In this document: positions 57,071 through 64,000 of the stretch, in pieces
Numbering within the stretch: position 1 is the stretch's first letter
Layout of the letters: every line of letters starts with the position of its first letter
DNA from: Bacteroidales bacterium
GTDB taxonomy: Bacteria; Bacteroidota; Bacteroidia; Bacteroidales; UBA1402
Direction of reading: 5' to 3'
DNA length: 64,000 nucleotides
NCBI GenBank assembly: GCA_017464285.1
Contig: JAFUDT010000013.1
Location: 21,577 to 85,576, forward strand
Notes under the pieces: model-generated
Told to the model about the DNA's origin: nothing
Database searches by the model: none
What the model saw: only the letters and a program-made list of their open reading frames with translations
Position numbers and translations under genes: made by a program

Positions 57071-58389
57071 CGTTTGTTCTGTCGTTGGCGAGCCTGTAGT
57101 TCCAGGCTGCGCAGCTGGTCTTTGTAGTAATTGTTGGCATTGAGCCGTTCCAAGGTCATGGAGGCATCGGTATTATCCTCCCAGCGTCGGCAGAGGTATA
57201 GTTCATCGTAAATACGGCCTGTCTTCCACTTTCTTGAGAAGGCCAGTCCCACGGCATAGTCTTCGCCGTAACTGGTATTGGGAAACAGTGTCTTTCTCAG
57301 CAGGGGGGTGAAGAAGGCCCTGGGAGCCCCCAGTCCGTTGATGCGAAGTGCATTGTTTTTGCCGTTGTCGTCGGTCCATTCACGGTGATCGATCAGGCCG
57401 GGTGGCAACGTGTGGCCCTGAAAGTCGCAGATGCGGTAGCTGCCCACCAGCATGGCGCACTGTTGGGTATAGAAGCCTTCGACGATACGGGAAAGAGTGT
57501 CCTGGGAACTGTACATATCATCGCTGTCAAGCTGGACGGCAAAGCGCCCGCAATGCTCGTCCAGGACGGCTGTGTTCCAGCAGCCGCCGATGTTCAGGTC
57601 CTGCCGCCGCGGCCGCAGAACGACAAGCCGGGCATCGCTGCGGGCCATTTCCAGCAACTTTTCGGTAGTCCCGTCGGTAGAGTGGTTGTCCACCACTATC
57701 ACATTGAAGGCGAAGCTGCACTGCTGGGACAATGCTGAAGAGACGGCATCGGCGATGGTGCGGATGCGGTTGCGTACGGGAATGATTACAGAGGCTTCTA
57801 CAGGAAAGTCTCCGGTCTTCAGATCGACGGGGGCCGTCTCGGCAGGCAGCCAGGCTCCGATTTGCCGCAGATGTCCGGTGCAGACGGCTTCCATTTCCTT
57901 TTGAACTTCCCGGTTGCGGGGATCGACATAGGCAAACATGGCCTTTTCGTGGTCGGTTTCTGCAGTCTGGACGACCGTATACAGACACTCTCTCAGGTGC
58001 AGAATCTGCCGTTTCCGTGACAGGGCCAGGCGCAGCGCGTAGAAGGCGGCGTGCCGGCAGTCGGGCAGGCTGTCGAGCACGGCCCGGGCCGTAGGGGTGT
58101 GTATGAGCACGATTTTGCCGAAATCGAAATCGTCACGCAGGCTGCCTGCCTGGCAATCGATGAGCGGGTGGGCCTTCCCGTCTTCCCTGTAGTCGGCATA
58201 GACCAGTCCGGCACGGCTCATTTCGGCGGCCTGAATCAGGCGGTGGAGGGCCGTAGGCCCCCATTGAAGACAGGCTGCCGGAACCCTCGGATCGGTGAGC
58301 AGGAGAAAATATCTGTGACGTACGGCCAGGATTTGTTGCCGCAGCCGGCGGCTGTCTCCTGAGAAGTTCAGGATATCGCAGTGTATCAT
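57067..58389 (-). CDS. Glycosyltransferase family 2 protein
   Basis: [52 protein letters not shown]; start set at ATG 58389 because the longer ORF overlaps the EamA gene. Confidence 0.85.
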   Translation of the reverse strand: MIHCDILNFSGDSRRLRQQILAVRHRYFLLLTDPRVPAACLQWGPTALHRLIQAAEMSRAGLVYADYREDGKAHPLIDCQAGSLRDDFDFGKIVLIHTPTARAVLDSLPDCRHAAFYALRLALSRKRQILHLRECLYTVVQTAETDHEKAMFAYVDPRNREVQKEMEAVCTGHLRQIGAWLPAETAPVDLKTGDFPVEASVIIPVRNRIRTIADAVSSALSQQCSFAFNVIVVDNHSTDGTTEKLLEMARSDARLVVLRPRRQDLNIGGCWNTAVLDEHCGRFAVQLDSDDMYSSQDTLSRIVEGFYTQQCAMLVGSYRICDFQGHTLPPGLIDHREWTDDNGKNNALRINGLGAPRAFFTPLLRKTLFPNTSYGEDYAVGLAFSRKWKTGRIYDELYLCRRWEDNTDASMTLERLNANNYYKDQLRSLELQARQRQNKR

Positions 58390-58521
58390 AGGGTTATGTT
58401 TGTGTTTTGTAAGTCTGATGACATCAGGTAAAGGTAATCCGATTATTTGACTGTGACAACCTTCTGTGTGTTTTTGTTGTACTTCGTCGGCTTTTATTCC
58501 GAGAAACTCTCGAAGGAATAC

Positions 58522-58529
58522 TATCTTTG
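58522..58529 (+). promoter_or_regulatory. -7 box (TATCTTTG) for EamA gene
   Basis: TAnnTTTG 28 nt before ATG 58558. Confidence 0.6.
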
Positions 58530-58557
58530 CAGTCTCAATACAATGTAGGCTCCTTAC

Positions 58558-59499
58558 ATGCAGTATCTTGGTGAAATCCTGTCCCTGACGGTGGCTGTCT
58601 CCTGGACGGCCACGGCCTTGTTTGCCGATATCGCCAGTCATCGGCTGGGCTCCCTGCCGCTCAATCTGATACGGATGGGGCTGTCGCTGATCCTGCTGGC
58701 CGTACTGCTGTGGATGGTCATCGGGAATCCTTTCCCACGCTATGCCGATGCCGACACCTGGATGTGGCTGACCTTGTCGGGTTTTGTCGGCTATGCCTTC
58801 GGCGACTACTGCCTGTTCAATTCCTATGTGATTTTCGGCTCCAAGTTCGGGCAGCTTTTCATGACGCTGGCACCGCCCATGGCTGGCATTGCCGGCTGGC
58901 TGATGCTGGGTGAGTCCTTGTCCTGGCATGCCTGGGTAGCCATGGCCGTCACAATGACCGGTATCGGGATTTCCATCATGGCCCGGGGAGACGGCACTCA
59001 TCACAGACTGGTGCTTAAACTGCCCTTGAAGGGAGTCCTTTTCGGCATCGGCGCCGGTATCGGACAGGGTGTCGGCCTGGTGCTGAGCAAAATCGGCCTG
59101 GAATCCTATCAGGCAGCCCTTCCTTTGGACGCGGCCTCCTCGATGCAGTTCATGCTGCCTTTTGCCGGGACCTTCATCAGGGCAGTAGCAGGCTTTGTCA
59201 GTTTCTTTGCCCTACTATGGCTTAGGCACTCGCTGGGTCAGGTAACGGCAGCCTTCCATGACAAAAAGGGTATGAGTTATGCTTTTCTGACCACTTTTTT
59301 CGGGCCATTCCTGGGAGTCTCCCTTTCCCTGATGGCCGTTCAATACGCGCCGGCCGGCATTGCTTCGACCCTGATGGCACTGACTCCGGTGCTGATAATT
59401 GTCCCCTACGCCCTGATCAACCATCAGCGGATTTCTTTCAAAGAAGTGGTCGGCACGCTGGTGACAATGACCGGTGTAGCTATGTTTTTCCTGCTTTAG
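58558..59499 (+). CDS. DMT/EamA family transporter
   Basis: About 10 TM in two repeats; [29 protein letters not shown]. Confidence 0.9.
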   Translation: MQYLGEILSLTVAVSWTATALFADIASHRLGSLPLNLIRMGLSLILLAVLLWMVIGNPFPRYADADTWMWLTLSGFVGYAFGDYCLFNSYVIFGSKFGQLFMTLAPPMAGIAGWLMLGESLSWHAWVAMAVTMTGIGISIMARGDGTHHRLVLKLPLKGVLFGIGAGIGQGVGLVLSKIGLESYQAALPLDAASSMQFMLPFAGTFIRAVAGFVSFFALLWLRHSLGQVTAAFHDKKGMSYAFLTTFFGPFLGVSLSLMAVQYAPAGIASTLMALTPVLIIVPYALINHQRISFKEVVGTLVTMTGVAMFFLL

Positions 59500-59511
59500 A
59501 CGGAAAAAAGC

Positions 59512-60231
59512 TCAGTCTCCCGGCAGTCCCAATATCGGCAGCAGCTCGTCTATCCGGGATATTTCCCGATAGGGGAGTGCAGGCTTGTCCGAACGCTCGT
59601 ATTCCCAGATGTCGTCGGTGATGATATGGACGGCCTGTCCGCCGACAGCCAGCACGGGGGCGATGTCGGACTTGAGTGAATTGCCCACCATGAGAAATTC
59701 TTCGGGTCGGACCTTAAGGCGCGTGAGCAGGTCGCGATAGTTGTCCTCGTTCTTTTCCGAAACAATCTCGATGTGGTGGAAATAGGGCATCAGGCCTGAT
59801 TTGCGCAGTTTGCGCTCCTGGTCGAGCATGTCGCCCTTGGTGACGATGACCAGCGGGTAGTGCTGTTCAAGGACCGGCAGTATCTGCAGTACCCCGTCGT
59901 AGAGCTCGACGGGATGCCCCAGCATCCATTTGCCGATCTCCAGAATCCTCTCTATGTCTTTGGCCGGTATTTCGTAATGGCTTTCCCTGGCAGCTGTCTC
60001 GATGAGCGACAGGGTGTAGGCCATCACACCGTAGCCGTACCAGGGCATATTATCTGTCTCGGTGGCTACCAGACGGGAGTGCAGTGTTTCGGCCGACAGC
60101 CAGGGAGAGAGCAAGTCGGCCAGTCTTTTCTCGGCCTGCACGAAATAGACGGAGTTGCGCCAGAGGGTGTCGTCGGCGTCAAATCCGATAAGTCGGATCT
60201 TGGAATAGTCGGTGACAGATGTGTGGGACAT
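59512..60231 (-). CDS. HAD superfamily hydrolase
   Basis: FDADDTLW, TKGD, MVGNSLKSDI. Confidence 0.9.
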   Translation of the reverse strand: MSHTSVTDYSKIRLIGFDADDTLWRNSVYFVQAEKRLADLLSPWLSAETLHSRLVATETDNMPWYGYGVMAYTLSLIETAARESHYEIPAKDIERILEIGKWMLGHPVELYDGVLQILPVLEQHYPLVIVTKGDMLDQERKLRKSGLMPYFHHIEIVSEKNEDNYRDLLTRLKVRPEEFLMVGNSLKSDIAPVLAVGGQAVHIITDDIWEYERSDKPALPYREISRIDELLPILGLPGD

Positions 60232-60234
60232 GGG

Positions 60235-61020
60235 CTACAGCAGTTTGAAAGTATCGGCATCGCGCCAGGCGGGAAAGGTTTCTCGGTAGTGGGCCAGCTT
60301 TTCCCGGCTCAGATCGACCGTCTCGACGGCCGCCAGTCCCTCGGGCAGGTCGGTGAGCCGCTGGCCTATGGGACTGAAGACGGCCGAATGACCGTTATAG
60401 TCGATACCCAGCCCGTCGTGACCCACCCGGTTGAGCCCGCAGACATAGGCCTGGTTCTCGGTGGCCCGTGCCTCCAGCAGGTTGTCCCAGGAGGCGATGC
60501 GTACGGTCGGCCAGTTGGCCACGCAAATCATCAGATCGTAGGCGGTTGCCACATTGCGGCACCAGACGGGGAAACGCAGGTCGTAGCAGATGATGAGCAG
60601 GATTTTCCAGCCTTGGTATTCAACGATGCAGGGACGCTCCGCCCGGGTGGACAGCAGTTCACCCTCTGCACCGATGCGGAAGAGATGTCTCTTGTCATGG
60701 AAGACGGTACGGCCGTCGGGATAGATAAAGAAGCCCCGGTTGAAATAGCGGGTGGCACTCTCTGTCTCTTCTTTGGCAGCGAAGGACCCGGTGATGGCCA
60801 GCCCGTTGGCAGAGGCAGCGGCCTGGAGCTGCAGAAGGACATTGTCGTCATTGTATCGGGCAGTCTTGACCACATCACTGCCGAATCCGTTGAAACACAT
60901 CTCGGGCAGGACGGCCAGGTCGCTCTGTCCTTTGAGCGACCGGAGGACCTCGTCGTAGTGCCTGAGATTGGCTTGGGCGTTTTCCCAGATAATATCGGTC
61001 TGTACAAGGCTGATTCTCAT
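60235..61020 (-). CDS. Nitrilase-family amidohydrolase (omega-amidase YafV-like)
   Basis: VLPEM, DKRHLF, ICYDLRFP (E-K-C triad), ARATENQ. Confidence 0.9.
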   Translation of the reverse strand: MRISLVQTDIIWENAQANLRHYDEVLRSLKGQSDLAVLPEMCFNGFGSDVVKTARYNDDNVLLQLQAAASANGLAITGSFAAKEETESATRYFNRGFFIYPDGRTVFHDKRHLFRIGAEGELLSTRAERPCIVEYQGWKILLIICYDLRFPVWCRNVATAYDLMICVANWPTVRIASWDNLLEARATENQAYVCGLNRVGHDGLGIDYNGHSAVFSPIGQRLTDLPEGLAAVETVDLSREKLAHYRETFPAWRDADTFKLL

Positions 61021-61025
61021 GGCTA

Positions 61026-61580
61026 TCATTCCAGACGGAAGTTCTCGGGATGCTTGGCTACGGTGTGTCGGTAGTATTCCTTGACAGCCTTGATGTCGGC
61101 CTGTTCGTCGCCTGTGGGGTAGAACACTTCATCAATGCCTACGTGTTTCTTTCCATAGTCGATGCGGGTGATGACGATGGGTACCTGAGACTTGATGGCG
61201 ATGTAGTAGAAACCTTTCTTCCAGTCTGGATTGGGTTTTCTTGTACCCTCGGGGGTGATGGCCAGGCACAGATGTTCTGTGCGGCTGAACTCTTCGGCCA
61301 GGGAGGCTGTCATGTGGGAACGGCCGTGCCGGCGATCGATGGGTATGCCGCCTATCCAGTTGAAAAACAAGTTCATCGGAAAGAAAAACCAGTCTTTTTT
61401 GATGAGAAAGCGCCCCTGTCGGTCCACAGCCACGGCGGCCAGTTTGCACAGAACGAAATCCCAGTTGCTGGTATGTGGGGCAATGACCATGACACAATGC
61501 CTGACCTGAGGCAGACGGTCTTCGGCCGTCCATCCGGCACATTGGAGTATGAACCGGGCGATTCGCTGTTTGAGTTTCAT
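61026..61580 (-). CDS. 1-acyl-sn-glycerol-3-phosphate acyltransferase (PlsC family)
   Basis: APHTSNWD, GGIPIDR, TPEGTR, WKKGFY. Confidence 0.9.
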   Translation of the reverse strand: MKLKQRIARFILQCAGWTAEDRLPQVRHCVMVIAPHTSNWDFVLCKLAAVAVDRQGRFLIKKDWFFFPMNLFFNWIGGIPIDRRHGRSHMTASLAEEFSRTEHLCLAITPEGTRKPNPDWKKGFYYIAIKSQVPIVITRIDYGKKHVGIDEVFYPTGDEQADIKAVKEYYRHTVAKHPENFRLE

Positions 61581-62113
61581 GACTCTCTTGGTTTGTTATG
61601 GCTGTCTTGGGAACTGCTCTGCCTGATACGCGTCGAGGAAATGTCCATCTGCGGGGCATCGGCGAAGAGTCTGACGCGATCCCATCCTTCGGGTACTTTG
61701 TTGGAGGCGCCGGGACGGGGATAGACCAGGACATCGTAGTTGGCGAGGATGTATTCGTAGTCTTTCCATCGGGCAAACTTGTCCAGGTTGTCGCCGCCGA
61801 TAATCAGCGAGAAAACACGGTCGGGATATTGCTCGGACAGTACCCGCAGCGTACGGGAGGTATAGGAGGGGCGGGGCAGCCGCAGCTCGATGTCACAAAC
61901 CCGGAAGCAAGGATGGTCTTTGAGGACTTCGCTCACCTCCCTGAGCCTGTCTTCGGCCACAGACAGCAACCGGTTCTGCTTGAAAGGATTGAGCGGACTC
62001 ACGACAAACCATATCTCGTCAAGCAGTCCACTGCGGTGGAAATAGTCTGCCACTGCGATATGCCCGTAGTGAATCGGGTAGAAGGAGCCGCCGAAAATCC
62101 CTGTGCGTATCAT
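61577..62113 (-). CDS. nadD: Nicotinate-nucleotide adenylyltransferase
   Basis: GIFGGSF.PIHYGH, SP.NPFK, PSYT, IIGGDN, ISSTRIR. Confidence 0.92.
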   Translation of the reverse strand: MIRTGIFGGSFYPIHYGHIAVADYFHRSGLLDEIWFVVSPLNPFKQNRLLSVAEDRLREVSEVLKDHPCFRVCDIELRLPRPSYTSRTLRVLSEQYPDRVFSLIIGGDNLDKFARWKDYEYILANYDVLVYPRPGASNKVPEGWDRVRLFADAPQMDISSTRIRQSSSQDSHNKPRES

Positions 62114-62114
62114 C

Positions 62115-62990
62115 TCAGAGCACGTTCAGTATCTGTTCTTTCATCTGTTCGAGCTCGTCTTTCATTGAGACGACCAGGCGTTGCATCTCCGCCTGGTTGG
62201 ATTTGGAGCCCAGGGTGTTGATTTCCCGTCCCATCTCCTGCAGGATGAATCCGAGTTTCTTCCCTTTGCCGCCACCTTCTTCCTGCATGGTCTGGCGGAA
62301 ATACTGGCAGTGGTTGCGCAGTCGGGTCTTCTCCTCGGTGATGTCGAGTTTTTCCAGATAATAGATGAGTTCCTGTTCGAAGCGGTTCTTGTCGTAGTCC
62401 TGCTGGCCGAGTTTTTCCAGGGCATCGGTCAGCCGTCCTTTGATACGGGCAATCCGTTCGGCCTCGTAGGGTTCAACCTCATGGAGCAGGTTCTCGATCT
62501 TGCCGACTTTCTCCTCAAAGAAACGTGTAAGCATACGGCCTTCCTGCAGCCGGAAGTCCACAAGGCGGTCAACGGCCTTGTCAAGCAACTCACGTACGCT
62601 TTTCCATTCGACTTCGTCGGTTTCCTGACTCTCGTTTTTCAGTACATCGGGCATTTTGAGCAGTAACGGCCAGGGATCACCGGTCATGGGGATGCCCAAC
62701 TGTCGGGATATCTGGCAAAGTTTTTCGTAGTAGCTTTCGACCAGGGCTGTATTGATGCCGGTTTCGGAGGCAGTCGAAATGTTTTCGGTGTAGATGGACA
62801 GATCGACTTTGCCACGCTCCAGGCGGCCAAGCAGACTGTTGCGGATCTCGTTTTCCCAGTTTTTGTAGAGGGGAGAAATCTTTAGATAGAGATCCATCTG
62901 TTTGCTGTTGAGCGACTTGATTTCGACTGTGACTTTTTTCCCGTTGATTTCGGCTTGTTCTTTGCCATAGCCGGTCATAGACTGTAACAT
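62115..62990 (-). CDS. yicC: YicC/YloC family endoribonuclease
   Basis: SMTGYG, EIKSLN, KLDITEE, GKKLGFILQEMGREINTLGSK, EQMKEQILNVL. Confidence 0.93.
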   Translation of the reverse strand: MLQSMTGYGKEQAEINGKKVTVEIKSLNSKQMDLYLKISPLYKNWENEIRNSLLGRLERGKVDLSIYTENISTASETGINTALVESYYEKLCQISRQLGIPMTGDPWPLLLKMPDVLKNESQETDEVEWKSVRELLDKAVDRLVDFRLQEGRMLTRFFEEKVGKIENLLHEVEPYEAERIARIKGRLTDALEKLGQQDYDKNRFEQELIYYLEKLDITEEKTRLRNHCQYFRQTMQEEGGGKGKKLGFILQEMGREINTLGSKSNQAEMQRLVVSMKDELEQMKEQILNVL

Positions 62991-62995
62991 AGGCT

Positions 62996-64000
62996 TTATT
63001 TTTGGTCTTCTTTTCTGATCTGGACCCGCCGGATCTTGCCGCTGATGGTCTTGGGCAGTTCATCGACGAATTCCACGACACGCGGGTATTTGTAGGGTGC
63101 GGTCGTGACCTTGACATGTTGCTGTATTTCTTTGATGAGTTCCTGCTTGTCGGCATCGCGATACTCCTTGGCCAGTACGATGGTGGCTTTGACCACCTGC
63201 CCGCGTATCTCGTCGGGCACCCCCGTGATGGCGCATTCCACTACGGCCGGATGGGTCATCAGGGCGCTCTCCACCTCGAAGGGGCCGATGCGGTAGCCCG
63301 AGCTCTTGATCACGTCGTCGGTGCGGCCGACAAACCAGAAATAGCCGTCCTGGTCGCGCCAGGCTACATCGCCGGTGTGATAGAGATGGTCGTGATAGAC
63401 CTCGCGTGTGCGCTCCGGATCGCGGTAGTATTCCTTGAACAGCCCGCAGGGACGGCCCTTGTCGGTATGGAAGACGATTTCTCCCTGTTCTCCTTCTTCC
63501 GCCACGCGACCGTCCGCCGTAAGCAGATCCATGTCGTAGGCCGGATTGGGTACGCCCATCGAGCCGGGTTTGGGCTCCATCCAAGGGAAAGTGCCGATGG
63601 TCATGGTCGTCTCGGTCTGACCGAAGCCTTCGCGCAGCTTGATGCCGGTGTATTTATAGAAGGTCTCATAGACCGACGGGTTGAGCGGTTCTCCGGCCAC
63701 GGTGCAGTACTTGAGTGAACTCAGGTCGTAGGCGGCCATGTCCTCGCGGATGAGGAAGCGGTAGATGGTCGGCGGGGCGCAGAAAGAGGTGATGTGATAT
63801 TGCTCTATCATCTTGAGGATGTCGGCCGCGGCAAATTTCTCGTGATCATAGACAAAGACACAGGCTCCGACAAACCACTGGCCGTAGAGCTTGCCCCAGA
63901 CGGCCTTGCCCCAGCCCGTGTCGGCCACGGTCAGGTGCAGGCTCTGCTCGTTGAGGTTGTGCCAGTATTTGGCCGTGATGATATGCCCGATGGGGTAGGT
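62996..64000 (-). CDS. AMP-binding acyl-CoA synthetase, 5' truncated by window edge
   Basis: Frame open to window end ([16 protein letters not shown]..); [47 protein letters not shown]. Confidence 0.92.
   Translation of the reverse strand, partial: TYPIGHIITAKYWHNLNEQSLHLTVADTGWGKAVWGKLYGQWFVGACVFVYDHEKFAAADILKMIEQYHITSFCAPPTIYRFLIREDMAAYDLSSLKYCTVAGEPLNPSVYETFYKYTGIKLREGFGQTETTMTIGTFPWMEPKPGSMGVPNPAYDMDLLTADGRVAEEGEQGEIVFHTDKGRPCGLFKEYYRDPERTREVYHDHLYHTGDVAWRDQDGYFWFVGRTDDVIKSSGYRIGPFEVESALMTHPAVVECAITGVPDEIRGQVVKATIVLAKEYRDADKQELIKEIQQHVKVTTAPYKYPRVVEFVDELPKTISGKIRRVQIRKEDQK

Noticed and set aside
58390-59004. N-terminal extension of the 645-aa GT2 ORF
   Set aside because: Overlaps the EamA gene and its promoter on the other strand; GT-like sequence begins near ATG 58389.

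Overview
Chromosomal segment of a Bacteroidales (Bacteroidota) bacterium, judged from the gene set (T9SS plug-type protein, gldH, purH-mreBCD-mrdA-rodA synteny) and recurrent TAnnTTTG -7 promoter boxes. It holds about 55 CDS, mostly housekeeping (purH, mreBCD/mrdA/rodA, holB, gap, miaA, rlmH, ilvDBN and ilvC, ribBA, lepA, galM, tex, nadD, yicC), plus one tRNA-Met. I see no CRISPR array, rRNA, transposase or integrase. Four regions stand out. (1) A head-to-head pair of ~900-aa secreted paralogs (18388-23963) whose promoters and signal peptides are bracketed by a perfect 23-bp inverted repeat in equivalent codon positions, a candidate promoter/N-terminus-swapping inverton. (2) A four-gene cassette inside the ilv operon (32898-36584) with a membrane-anchored HTH regulator and three copies of an unrecognised WLSP(L/V)LG membrane domain, one fused to a lipoprotein. 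(3) An RHS-core remnant followed by 33-bp and 11-bp periodic repeats (38642-39369). (4) A GT2/DUF4922(HxHxQ)/SpoIID-LytB/AmpG operon that looks like an incompletely understood muropeptide salvage or modification pathway. All product calls come from motif recognition by eye; no database searches were run.
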